Shown here in pieces: positions 1-9,324 of a stretch of 45,605 bases of DNA (the first letter of the stretch is position 1; the number at the start of each line of letters is the position of its first letter). Position numbers and translations under genes: made by a program. This DNA is from a virus. Lineage: Duplodnaviria; Heunggongvirae; Uroviricota; Caudoviricetes. The stretch covers positions 81,261 to 126,865 of the IMG/VR virus record IMGVR_UViG_2932604667_000002; one strand, 5' to 3'. The notes under the pieces were generated by a model. The model was given only the letters and a program-made list of their open reading frames with translations. It was not told the DNA's origin and made no database searches.

Positions 1-98
1 CGATTGGCGTCGGTGGCGGACCGGTAAGCGAACGCCGCGACGCCGAGAGGAACGGCGCCGATGGCCACCTGAATCAACAGCTCAGGAATGGTCGCCAT
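1..98 (-). CDS. Membrane-anchored protein, N-terminal part only (runs off window start)
   Basis: ATG at 98 with GGAGG upstream; translates MATIPELLIQVAIGAVPLGVAAFAYRSATDANR (one hydrophobic helix); overlaps end of upstream gene. Confidence 0.55.
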   Translation of the reverse strand, partial: MATIPELLIQVAIGAVPLGVAAFAYRSATDAN

Positions 99-513
99 CG
101 CCCGCCTCCGGCCACGTGGCGATCAATGCGATCCAACCGCCGAACGCCGCCCAGATGCTCGCGGCCACCCACCCGCGAGGGTTGGCCCCCGTGAACACCC
201 CGACGACGTGGGCGATCCCGTACGCGATCATCAGGCCGGAGGTGAGGGCGTACGCCAACCGGTCGGACTTGGCGAACGCCTGCACCAGCGACAGCACCCC
301 GGCCGCCGTCCACGCCGTCACCCATACCTGCACCGGCAGGATGTCCACCAACACCTGGTAGCCGGGCTGGGCCTGGACGTACGGCGGCGCGAACGCGAGC
401 GACGCGGAGATCAGCAAACCGAGCGCGCCGACGAACAGCAGGGACACGCCGCGGCGGCCGACCCGCCGCCACAACCTGCGGCCCGCGCCCCTGCCCCACG
501 CCCGTGCCCTCAC
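82..513 (-). CDS. Multi-pass membrane protein, putative holin/lysis-module protein
   Basis: About 4 hydrophobic segments and basic N-terminus; follows minor tail genes; own late promoter at 520-548. Confidence 0.6.
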   Translation of the reverse strand: MRARAWGRGAGRRLWRRVGRRGVSLLFVGALGLLISASLAFAPPYVQAQPGYQVLVDILPVQVWVTAWTAAGVLSLVQAFAKSDRLAYALTSGLMIAYGIAHVVGVFTGANPRGWVAASIWAAFGGWIALIATWPEAGDGDHS

Positions 514-519
514 GTGGGC

Positions 520-548
520 ATCGTCTGCGGCCGCCGCGGTTAACGTCG
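520..548 (-). promoter_or_regulatory. Late promoter L1 (CGACGTTA-N15-GACGAT), probably leaderless onto GTG 513
   Basis: Motif match with exact 15-nt spacing; expected TSS coincides with start codon. Confidence 0.65.
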
Positions 549-553
549 CCCCC

Positions 554-1048
554 TCACCTCTGCCAGGCGGCCAGGACCCGCACGGTCGTTGCGTCCGAAC
601 CCGACACCCGGCGGGCCTCGACGTACACCCGGTGCGCGCTGCCGATCGCCCAGGCGTCCGGCAGCGCGATCATGACCCGGGCGTCCTGGTCGGCTCCGCC
701 GGCGGCGGTCGTCACGGCCGCGCCGGTCAGCCCGAGGTCCGGGACGGTGAGCCGGGCCTCCATCACCGACGCGGCCCCCGTGCCGAGGCCGAGGTCGGCG
801 TACAGGTTGTGGCCGGACCGGTAGACCATGGTCACGTGCGTCTGGACGAAGCTGCCGGATGTGCAGGGCACACCCGAGGCGGGCGCCGCCACGGTGAACG
901 ACAGGTCCTGGCGGCGGATCTTGGCGCCGTTCGTCGCCACGGCCCCCCGGATCGCTGACACGGCCCGCACTAGGTTGGGACCCTTGGTGACGAGCCGGGA
1001 GCCCGCGTGCCGGGACGGCGGCGGCGTCGGATAGTCGCGTGCTTCCAT
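554..1048 (-). CDS. Hypothetical tail-tip-associated protein (164 aa)
   Basis: ATG 1048 (MEARDYPTPP) directly after minor tail gene; beta-rich C-terminus. Confidence 0.7.
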   Translation of the reverse strand: MEARDYPTPPPSRHAGSRLVTKGPNLVRAVSAIRGAVATNGAKIRRQDLSFTVAAPASGVPCTSGSFVQTHVTMVYRSGHNLYADLGLGTGAASVMEARLTVPDLGLTGAAVTTAAGGADQDARVMIALPDAWAIGSAHRVYVEARRVSGSDATTVRVLAAWQR

Positions 1049-1059
1049 CGTTCCCTCGC

Positions 1060-2178
1060 CTAGTGCGTGATGATGTCGCCGCAGGTGAACTCGTACTGCT
1101 CCTCGCCCTCGTCGCCCGCGGTCACCGAGACGCCGGTGATCCGCAGGTAGCCGATGAACCCCGGGGCACCCGTCTCCGGATCGGGCGGCCACCGCCAGTC
1201 GGAGATCCGCACCAGGACGTCGTCCCCCAACTGGAAGTCGCCGATCTGCAGGCCGGGCTGCGCGACCGCGGTGAAGTGGGCGACGACCCGAGGCCCGGAC
1301 CGGTAGGCGCCCAGCGCGTCGGCGTGGGCCTGCAAGGTGGCGGAGTCGACGATGCCGTCGAAGTTCTCGCCGTACTCCATGATCGGGTACCCGTCGGCGA
1401 TCAGGTCCGGCCGATCGCATCGCGCGGTGAGCTGCACACCCTCGTCCGTCTCGGTGTTGGCCCACGACCTGGTCGCCATCGGCGTGCCCGCGTCCGCCCA
1501 CGTGTAGGTCTCGATGTTGCCGCCGCCGACGAAGCGGTTGAACTCGAACACCACGCCCGACGCGCTGCCCACCCGCCCGAGGCGGGGGTAGCCCAGCATC
1601 AGCGACTCATGCGGCAGCCCGCCGACCCAGACGACCTGGGACGCGAAATCGAACCCGTCGATGACCTCGCTGAGTTGGGTCAATGCCGTCAGGACGGGGG
1701 ACTGGTCGTACTGCGAGAACGAGCGGTCCCGGACCCGGCCGGACAGCACGCTGGGATCGGTGTGCATCCACATGTCGCCGCCTGGCTCCTCCTGCACCGA
1801 ATCCAGGAAGGCGCAGGCCATCGGGAGCTGGTCGACGCCGCGGTACTCCACCGTCGGCATCGTCCGGACTGCGAAGTAGCCGAGGGTCTCCTCGGCGGTG
1901 ACGGTGAGGATGCCGGAGGAGGAGTCGTAGCCGGGTTCGGCGTTGATCCAGCCTCCCCAGACGAGCATCCCGTCCCGCTCGACGAACACCTTGGTGCGGT
2001 AGGGCAGCACCGCGTCGGCGATCCGCTGCGATGGGAAGTCGTCGGAGTACATCGGGATCTGCCCGGTGAACGTGCCGACGCCGGACAGCTCCCAGCCGTA
2101 GGACACCTGCTCCATCGGCAGCGTGTCGATCAGCCGCTTCGTCGAGATGTCGTAGAAGAGGTATCGGTAGGTCGCCAC
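1060..2178 (-). CDS. Minor tail protein (baseplate hub/Tal-like)
   Basis: 372 aa; position after Dit; N-terminal YRYLFYDISTKRLIDTLP and WGGWI motifs typical of actinophage minor tail proteins. Confidence 0.8.
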   Translation of the reverse strand: MATYRYLFYDISTKRLIDTLPMEQVSYGWELSGVGTFTGQIPMYSDDFPSQRIADAVLPYRTKVFVERDGMLVWGGWINAEPGYDSSSGILTVTAEETLGYFAVRTMPTVEYRGVDQLPMACAFLDSVQEEPGGDMWMHTDPSVLSGRVRDRSFSQYDQSPVLTALTQLSEVIDGFDFASQVVWVGGLPHESLMLGYPRLGRVGSASGVVFEFNRFVGGGNIETYTWADAGTPMATRSWANTETDEGVQLTARCDRPDLIADGYPIMEYGENFDGIVDSATLQAHADALGAYRSGPRVVAHFTAVAQPGLQIGDFQLGDDVLVRISDWRWPPDPETGAPGFIGYLRITGVSVTAGDEGEEQYEFTCGDIITH

Positions 2179-2181
2179 GGG

Positions 2182-3297
2182 TCACCAGACCGGCTGCACG
2201 CACAGCCAACTGTCCGTGATCTGGTGGGTGGCGGTCGTTCCGGAGCTGAGCCTGCCCATCAGCTTGACCGTGGTCGGCCCCGCGGTGAGTCCCGTGTACA
2301 GCTTCGTCCTGGACGCGGACTGGCTCGGCGTCAGCGAGTTGGCGACGGCCGGTCCAGCGACGCACGCCGAGTAGCCGGTCGACGGCGGGACCGTGTTCGC
2401 GCCGGAGATCTGCGGCGCCACCCGAAGCGTCGAGTCCGCGCTGTTGGAGTTCCACCCCGAGAAGCCCCAGGAGATCAGCAGCTTGCCGCTGGCGGGCACC
2501 GTGACGTTGAGGGACGGCGCCGCGGTGTAGTCCAGCCAGGCCGCCGCCGCCGAAACAGTCCTGTTGCCCCCCTCGTCTGCGGCGTAGGAAGGGGCGTAGG
2601 CGGCCAGGATCGACGCGACACCCGCCGCCGTCTGGTAGCCCTCGTTCCGCCAGCCCACCCAGCCCGTGCCGTTGTGCCAGAGCGGGAGCAGGTTGGTGAG
2701 GTCGTAGGCGGCCATGCCCGGGTGCGGGTTTGCCGGCAGAGCGCTGGCTGGTGCGGGGATCGCCCCGCCCAGCGCGGCGACGAACGCCCTCTGGTCAGTG
2801 ATGTTCGCGTTCGTGATCGAGGAGGCGGCGGCGTTGACCGTCACCATCGCCAGCGGGATCGCCGCCGGCGGGACGGCAGGGGCGACCGGCGAGCTCGCCG
2901 GCGTGCCGGTGACCACCTCCAGCGTCCACTGGTTGGCCGACCCGGACGCCTCCGAGTCGTACACCCGCGCGATGATCAGGTCGCGGCGGCCGAGCGTGGC
3001 GTGCGCCCCGGTGATCGTCACGTCGTAGGGGGCGTCGTTGGACACCGTGTAGACGCCGCCGGTCGCCGACGCCGCCTGGACGAACGCCACGCCGGCGCTG
3101 ACCGTCACGACCATTCCGGGCGTCGCGCGCTGCGTGACCTGGAGCGCCGTGTTGCCCGGCGACGGCCGGACCCCGGAGCGGACCGCGAGCGGGCCGACAC
3201 CGTGCAGCGGAGGCAGCGTCGCCGCGGCCGCGAGCCGGTCCAGCCGCGCCGGATACGTACCGGCCTGCAGCCAGGACGGCGGATTGAGAGGAGCCAC
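2182..3297 (-). CDS. Minor tail protein
   Basis: 371 aa; RRDLIIARVYD / VVTGTPASSPVAPAVP / IPLAMVTV / ITDQR motifs typical of actinophage minor tail proteins. Confidence 0.78.
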   Translation of the reverse strand: MAPLNPPSWLQAGTYPARLDRLAAAATLPPLHGVGPLAVRSGVRPSPGNTALQVTQRATPGMVVTVSAGVAFVQAASATGGVYTVSNDAPYDVTITGAHATLGRRDLIIARVYDSEASGSANQWTLEVVTGTPASSPVAPAVPPAAIPLAMVTVNAAASSITNANITDQRAFVAALGGAIPAPASALPANPHPGMAAYDLTNLLPLWHNGTGWVGWRNEGYQTAAGVASILAAYAPSYAADEGGNRTVSAAAAWLDYTAAPSLNVTVPASGKLLISWGFSGWNSNSADSTLRVAPQISGANTVPPSTGYSACVAGPAVANSLTPSQSASRTKLYTGLTAGPTTVKLMGRLSSGTTATHQITDSWLCVQPVW

Positions 3298-3312
3298 AAA
3301 ATCCCCCAGGGG

Positions 3313-4203
3313 TCAGGACCATGCCGAGGAGGCGGTCACGGTCATTTGCGGAATGGGGGTGGGCGTGATGTCCGGCGGCGGCGTCCCAGGTGTGCCGCGG
3401 AACGCGATCTCGTTGGAGCCGGGCGCGAGCATCCACCAGGCCGACGTGGCGGTGATCCGGTACGCCTGGTTCGCTGCGCCGTTGAGGAGGGCGACCTGCG
3501 TTTTGAGGTCGATGGTCAGCGTCTCGTCGTAGGCCAGCGTGAGGTCGAATGCCAGTTCGCGGCCCGAGGCCACGTGCTCGACCTGCGGGTTGATGACCGG
3601 CCCGGTGATGACGATCACGGCGGGCGTCTGGTCGTAGTCGCCGTCCTGCTGGATGTAGACGCTCCCGGTGGAGCCACCCGCGCCCGCGCCGTAGGTCACC
3701 GAGTAGGTCCGCGAGTAGGTCCGGCCGGCGGTCAAGGACGCGGGGAGCGTCGTGGTGCCGCTCATGGGGGTCGCCGCGTACCGCCGGGGATCGGCCGCCA
3801 CCACGGTGAGCGCCCACCGGAACGCGAACGATCCCTCATCGGTCAGCGCGACCTGATCCGACATGCGCACGTTCGCCACCCGGGTCAGGTGGTCCTCGGC
3901 GACGACGAGCTGCACCAGGGTCCGCGGGTTGACCGCCGCCTTGATGCGGTCCTTGGCGGCGAGCATGGTCAGCCGGTCGGGCGCGACGGCCCGCCCGGAC
4001 AGGGTCACCACGCGCGGCCCGTAGAGCCCGGGGCCTCCCCATGCGCCGTCGGTGCTGTTGCGGGGTTCGGTCAGTGCCCGGACCGGCGGCGAGGAGGACC
4101 AGCCGTCCTCGGCCTCGACGATCCAGTCGACGCCCCAGGCGTCGGTGACGTTGCCCTCCCAGGTGCCCAACCTGTAGAGGGGCGTAGCCGTCTGCGTGCT
4201 CAA
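3313..4203 (-). CDS. Distal tail protein (Dit-like)
   Basis: TTG start overlaps tape-measure stop (TTGA); GAWGGPGLYGPRVVTLSG, AADPRRY, LAPGSNEIAF motifs. Confidence 0.8.
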   Translation of the reverse strand: MSTQTATPLYRLGTWEGNVTDAWGVDWIVEAEDGWSSSPPVRALTEPRNSTDGAWGGPGLYGPRVVTLSGRAVAPDRLTMLAAKDRIKAAVNPRTLVQLVVAEDHLTRVANVRMSDQVALTDEGSFAFRWALTVVAADPRRYAATPMSGTTTLPASLTAGRTYSRTYSVTYGAGAGGSTGSVYIQQDGDYDQTPAVIVITGPVINPQVEHVASGRELAFDLTLAYDETLTIDLKTQVALLNGAANQAYRITATSAWWMLAPGSNEIAFRGTPGTPPPDITPTPIPQMTVTASSAWS

Positions 4204-7200
4204 CGGAGCATCTCCCCCAACTTGCGAGCGGCGACGACGCCGATCTCGTGCTCGGACTGCCGTGGCTGGGGGTGGATGTGCTGGACGATCTGCGGCTGCC
4301 CGCCGACGGCGGCCAGGGCGTGCAGGGCCGGGGCGGTGGCCGTCGTGCTGCGGTGGAGGCGGGCGGCGCTGTTGTTGAGCGCCTGGACCGCGCGCTCGCC
4401 GCCGAGCAGGTCGACGACCTCCGGCGTGATGACCCACTCGCGGCGGCCGGTCGCGTTGAGGACGGCGTTCCAGCCGCGCTCCAGTGGGCCGCCGTGGTCG
4501 CGCTTGAGGAAGCTCGCGGGTGGGCGGCCCCACCAGGCGGGCCGCTCGGGAACTTCCCGGACCCGGGCGCCGGTGTACGGCGCCTCAATGATCTTGTTGT
4601 TGCCGCTGTAGAGGAACTCGTGGCCGGGGTGCGGCTGGCCGATGTCACCTTCGCGCGGACGACCGGTGACCGGCGTCAGCCAGGGCTTCTGCGTGTAGGT
4701 GGTGCGGGGCATCAGCTTGCCCGTCACCCGGTACCAGGCCTGCTGGACGAGGCCCGAGCAGTCCAGGCCCTTGCCCCAGGCGGTGCCGCCCCATACGTAC
4801 GGCACGCCGATCTGCGTGCGGGCGAGAGCTACGGCCTTGCGGCCAGGGCCGCCGATCTCCTCGTCCTTGCCGTCCAGCCAGTTCAAGAAGCCGTTGACCA
4901 TCCGCCGGGGGACGGATGCGAGCCCTCGGGCGAAGTCCGAGCCGCCCAGGGAGTGCTCGATGGCCGACAGGACCGGGTCGACCACCACAGAGGCGGCCTT
5001 GCGGATGCCGCCGACGAACCAGTCCTTCGCCTGGCCGAAGAACGACTTGATCCCGCCGATGATCCCGCCGTCGGCGAACCCCGGGCCGGGGTCGCCGACC
5101 AGGCCCAGCATCCGGGCGACCGCGCCGGCGCCACCACGGCGGGCCGCGGCGTTGGATGCGTTGATGTAGTCCTCGCCAACGGCACGCACCCACTCCGGCC
5201 GCATGACGGCCTCGCCGCCGGACAACCGCAGCGCGCCGCCGGTGGGGGAGGTGAAGGTATGGACATCGCGACCGGGGGTGTAGCCCGGCAACACGCCGCC
5301 GGTCGCGAAGCCCCGAGGCATCGGGACCTGCAGGTTGTCCGGCTTGATATTGAAGAAGGACGCCACCTTGTTCCAGGCAGCGAGGATTCCGCGGTTCAGC
5401 ACCGTGTCGATCACGAAGCGGACGGGTGCCTTCGCGATGTCACCGATCTTGTTCCAGGCTGTCTTGATCGCGCTGACGGCGATCTCGAAGCCTTTCTTCA
5501 CGGCGTCGATCCCGGCCTTCAGCCCAGCAAAAGCAGGCTTAATGATCTTGTCTGTGGCCCAGGAGATCGCCGCACCGATCCCCTTGAACGCTGGGGAAAT
5601 GATCTTCTGCCAGAGCCAGGTCGCCGCTGCGCCGATGGCCTGGAATGCCGGGACGATGATCGTCTTCCAGAGCCAGGTGGCTACCGCGCCGACGACGCGG
5701 AACGCCGCGTCGACCCCGTCCCGGAACCACTTCACGTTCCTGTAGGCCCAGACCACGCCCGCGACCAACGCCGCAATCGCGATCACGATCAGCCCGATCG
5801 GATTGGCATCGAGCACGAAATTCAGGGCAGTCTGCGCGGCCGTCCACAGCGCCGTCGCAGCCCGCACTGTCCCCTGAGCGACCGCCATCGCGATCGTCTT
5901 GGCCGTGTTCGCGGCGGCAGCGAGCGCGGCCTTGCCGTACTGCACCACCAGGCTGCCCACGGCGGTCGCCGCACCCCACGCCGCCGTCGCACCCCGGCCG
6001 ATCGCACCGGCCACCGACGACAGACCGCCGAGGATCGCAGAGCTGGCGCTCTTCGCGAGCGACGCCGTCCACGACCCGACCGCGGCCGCACCACGCCGCG
6101 CAGCCGCCGCGGCCTTCTCGATCCCGGCCGCAACCGCCTGACCACCGACGGCGCTGGCGACCGATGCGGCACCCTTCTCCGCACCGCGCCCGGCCACCCG
6201 CCGGGCGACCGCGCCACCGGCCCGCTTCGCGCCAGAAGCAACCGCCCCGCCCGCGCTCTTGGCGGCCCGGCCGACTGCACCGGCTCCACGCTTGAGCGCC
6301 CCGCCCGCCTTCGACGCCGCACTGCCGACGAAACCGCCGACCGCGTCCGCCGCGTACATCCCGCGCAGCGCGACAGACTCGGCGGCGCCCTTGACTGCCC
6401 CGCCTGCCTGCTTGGCCGTGAGTTTGGCGACGCCGCCGACCCCGAGCCCACCGGTCAACGGGCCGGTCAGAGCACCGACGACCTTGCCGATCCCGGTGTA
6501 CTTCGCCAGCTTGGCGACGTTGCCGAGGATCCCGCCGAGCCCCTTGGCGACCAGGCCCAGGCCGAGCCCGGCACCGGACAAGGTCAAGATGGCCGACAGG
6601 ACCGCTCCACCGCCGGGAAGCTTAGTGATCGCCTCCAGGACGTCGAGGATGCGGTTCAGGACCCAGAACAGGCTGGACAGGCTGTCACCGCCGGTGATCT
6701 CACCGAAGCGGACGAACAGGGAGATGACCCGGTTGAGCAGATCGCCGAACTGGCGCATGACTGGGACGGTGTTCTCGAAGAACCGTTGGATCCGCTCCGC
6801 GTTGGCCGGGTCGCCGGTCCAGTTCCGGAACTGCTTCGCCGCCGCGGCGAGCGAGCCGAGCAGGGTGTCACCGGCCGGCCGCGCGAGCTTGCCCAGGTTG
6901 AACAGGCCCGCCGTGAAGTCGGCGATGATCCGGCCGAGTGTCTTGGCCGACTTCTTCGCCCGCTCGAAGAACGCTGCCATGGTGCCGGTCTCACGGCCGA
7001 CCCACGCCGCCTTCTCTGCTGCCTCCGAGAGCTTGAGCACCCACCGGGCGAACGGCTCCAGGAGCGTCGGCCCGGCCACGACGGCGACATGCCGAAGCGC
7101 GGAGACGATGGCGTTCAGGGCGTCACCGAACGTGGACAGCGCCCGGTTGTTCGACGCCATGACGTCGCCGATGTCGCGCTGGAACAGCGGCTGCGTCGCC

Positions 7201-8864
7201 GTCGCGGCCAGCCCCCGCGCGAGCGCGCCGATACGGCGGCCGGTGTCGACGAGTCCCTTCTGCAGGACGTCGAGCAGCGGGAGACCCTGGGTGATGGCCG
7301 CCTGCAGCGGAGGCAGAAGTGCCTGCTGAACGGCGTTACGCAGCTTCTCGAACCGAGGCTGCAACGTGCTGTTCAGGAACCGCGCGAATGCCTGGCCCGC
7401 CGGCGAGAGCTTCGACATGGCGTTGTTCAGCGCGCGGAACGCAGCGGTCTGCCCAGCCGCCGCCGAGGTCCCGCCGGCCATCGCCTGGGCCACCGCCTGC
7501 TGGGCATCCCGCACCCGTCGGGCGGCGTCGGCCTGCGCGCGTGCGACATTCCGCGCCGCGTCCTCCCGGATGCGCGCGAGCTCCTTGGCGGCCGCGACCT
7601 CCGACTTCTGGGCGTCGAGCACGCTCTGCTGCGCGGCGACGACACGCTCGTCACCGTCGACACCCTCGGCGTCCGCCTTGGCCTTGGCCTTGGCCAGCTC
7701 CTCGTTACGCGCCTGGATCTCGGCGAGCCTCTGCTGCGCCTGCCGGAACGCCAAGTCCGCTTCACGCCGCTGCAGGTCGGTGGCGACCGCCCCCGGCGAG
7801 GCCAACTGCTGGAGCTGCCTCTCCGCATGCTCCAACGCGATCTTGGCGGCTTCTTCGTCGAGCTTCCCGCCGGCGACCTCGAGCGCGAGGTCCTTCATCC
7901 GCTGGATGGCGTTGAGCCGCTCGGCGTTCAGCTTGGCCAGGGCGCGCTGCGTCGCCTGGTGTGCGGACGCCAGCCGGGCCTCGCCGGACTCGATCGACCG
8001 GGCGGCGTTGCGCTCGTCGTCGGCCACCTGCTGGGCCGCCTGGCGCCGGGCGTCGGTCAGCCGCTGCTGAGCCGCCCGGACCTGGTCCAGCGCGGCCGCC
8101 CGCTGGGTGCCCGCGGTCCGGGACGCGGCTCCGGATGCGGTCTCGGCCTTGCCCAGTTCCTTGACCGCCGCGCCGATGCCGCTGAACCCGAGCAGGAGCG
8201 CGCCGAGGCCCTGGACGGCCACACCGGCGAGGTTCGGGATCGCGGCCAGCACGCCGACGGCCTGCGAAGCGGAAGCCGTGATCGCGTACAGGCCACCCGC
8301 CAGGTTGGCGAGCGCGCCGGCCGCGACCATGATCCCCGACGCGATGGCTGGGAACTTCGACAGCGACGTCAGCAGGTCCCCGACCGACGACAGCGTCCGC
8401 TCGGCCGCGCTGCTGTCCGCCTCGACACCGATCCGGATCGGGTTGAGCTGCTGACGTGCCCGCAGCGCGGCGATCGACGCCGCCGCCCGGGTCGTGTCGG
8501 CCTCCACGTCGACCTTGAGGTCCCGGGTCAGCTCGTTCAGCTTCCGCCGGGCCGTCGTCGTGTTGACCTCGACAGCGACGCGGACCTTCAGGTCCTTGGC
8601 CGCCTCGGCGAGCTTGTCCTTCAGCTCTTTGCGGATCTGGGTCCGGCTCGCCTGGACGGTGATCTGCGCCTTGGCAGCCTTGGACGCCTCCCGTGCCGCG
8701 GTCTGCGCCTGCGCCTGGATACGGCTACGGTCCAGCTCGACCTTGATCTTGGCCTTGACGTCCTTGAGCTCGGTCTTGAGCTTCGTCTGCGCGTCCCGGC
8801 GGAAGCCACTGGTATCAGCGAGGACATCGGCGTAGATACGCCCCGCCGATGCGCCCTCCGCCAC
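4200..8864 (-). CDS. Tape measure protein with C-terminal NlpC/P60 peptidoglycan hydrolase domain
   Basis: ~1554 aa Ala-rich helical protein, GTG 8864 with GGAGG; ANPIGLIVIAIAAL and W-periodic repeats; GVPYVWGG..GLDCSGL..GH near C-terminus. Confidence 0.95.
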   Translation of the reverse strand: MAEGASAGRIYADVLADTSGFRRDAQTKLKTELKDVKAKIKVELDRSRIQAQAQTAAREASKAAKAQITVQASRTQIRKELKDKLAEAAKDLKVRVAVEVNTTTARRKLNELTRDLKVDVEADTTRAAASIAALRARQQLNPIRIGVEADSSAAERTLSSVGDLLTSLSKFPAIASGIMVAAGALANLAGGLYAITASASQAVGVLAAIPNLAGVAVQGLGALLLGFSGIGAAVKELGKAETASGAASRTAGTQRAAALDQVRAAQQRLTDARRQAAQQVADDERNAARSIESGEARLASAHQATQRALAKLNAERLNAIQRMKDLALEVAGGKLDEEAAKIALEHAERQLQQLASPGAVATDLQRREADLAFRQAQQRLAEIQARNEELAKAKAKADAEGVDGDERVVAAQQSVLDAQKSEVAAAKELARIREDAARNVARAQADAARRVRDAQQAVAQAMAGGTSAAAGQTAAFRALNNAMSKLSPAGQAFARFLNSTLQPRFEKLRNAVQQALLPPLQAAITQGLPLLDVLQKGLVDTGRRIGALARGLAATATQPLFQRDIGDVMASNNRALSTFGDALNAIVSALRHVAVVAGPTLLEPFARWVLKLSEAAEKAAWVGRETGTMAAFFERAKKSAKTLGRIIADFTAGLFNLGKLARPAGDTLLGSLAAAAKQFRNWTGDPANAERIQRFFENTVPVMRQFGDLLNRVISLFVRFGEITGGDSLSSLFWVLNRILDVLEAITKLPGGGAVLSAILTLSGAGLGLGLVAKGLGGILGNVAKLAKYTGIGKVVGALTGPLTGGLGVGGVAKLTAKQAGGAVKGAAESVALRGMYAADAVGGFVGSAASKAGGALKRGAGAVGRAAKSAGGAVASGAKRAGGAVARRVAGRGAEKGAASVASAVGGQAVAAGIEKAAAAARRGAAAVGSWTASLAKSASSAILGGLSSVAGAIGRGATAAWGAATAVGSLVVQYGKAALAAAANTAKTIAMAVAQGTVRAATALWTAAQTALNFVLDANPIGLIVIAIAALVAGVVWAYRNVKWFRDGVDAAFRVVGAVATWLWKTIIVPAFQAIGAAATWLWQKIISPAFKGIGAAISWATDKIIKPAFAGLKAGIDAVKKGFEIAVSAIKTAWNKIGDIAKAPVRFVIDTVLNRGILAAWNKVASFFNIKPDNLQVPMPRGFATGGVLPGYTPGRDVHTFTSPTGGALRLSGGEAVMRPEWVRAVGEDYINASNAAARRGGAGAVARMLGLVGDPGPGFADGGIIGGIKSFFGQAKDWFVGGIRKAASVVVDPVLSAIEHSLGGSDFARGLASVPRRMVNGFLNWLDGKDEEIGGPGRKAVALARTQIGVPYVWGGTAWGKGLDCSGLVQQAWYRVTGKLMPRTTYTQKPWLTPVTGRPREGDIGQPHPGHEFLYSGNNKIIEAPYTGARVREVPERPAWWGRPPASFLKRDHGGPLERGWNAVLNATGRREWVITPEVVDLLGGERAVQALNNSAARLHRSTTATAPALHALAAVGGQPQIVQHIHPQPRQSEHEIGVVAARKLGEMLR

Positions 8865-8925
8865 CCCACGCCTCCACCGGCCCCGGCCAGGCGGGGCACG
8901 CTCATGGGGGTGGGCATCGCGCGCC

Positions 8926-8954
8926 AAGCTACGGAGCGGCAGGTGCTAAGGTCG
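8926..8954 (-). promoter_or_regulatory. Late promoter L2 (CGACCTTA-N15-TAGCTT) for tape measure operon
   Basis: Motif match; leader contains GCCCACCCCCATGAGC, identical to L5 leader. Confidence 0.75.
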
Positions 8955-9063
8955 ACCGCTGCCCCGGCCGAGGCGAAGCCGCAGCTAGAGGGCCGTTTCA
9001 CGCGAAGATCTAGAGAGATCGCCGTCGATACACTGAGGACGAGACGCCTGAAGGAGCCACATC

Positions 9064-9324
9064 GTGAGTGACATCACTGAGACGCTCCGGTCCCTGGCAG
9101 CCGGAGACGTCACCCTCGACCAGGTCGCCGAAGACTTCGCGGCGCGGACCTGGCCGACCCCGCCCAAGCCCGCCGACAACCTCGACGCCGCCATGAAGCG
9201 GATGGCCGAGGACCCGGAGCCGCTGACCCCGGGAACCTGGGACGAGGTGTCAGCGGCCTATACCTCCGGCCTGATCGACGATGAGCAGTACGCCGCCCTG
9301 TTCAAGGCGGTCCAGCGCCACTAG
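9064..9324 (+). CDS. Small acidic protein, candidate antitoxin/immunity partner of zeta-family kinase
   Basis: AAGGAG RBS, GTG start, 86 aa acidic helical; 3' end overlaps zeta gene end by 4 nt; TACACT -10-like box upstream. Confidence 0.7.
   Translation: MSDITETLRSLAAGDVTLDQVAEDFAARTWPTPPKPADNLDAAMKRMAEDPEPLTPGTWDEVSAAYTSGLIDDEQYAALFKAVQRH

Noticed and set aside
1039-9071. Very long plus-strand ORFs (1039-4611, 4248-9071)
   Set aside because: Antisense shadows of minus-strand tail genes in high-GC DNA; R/G/P-rich nonsense composition
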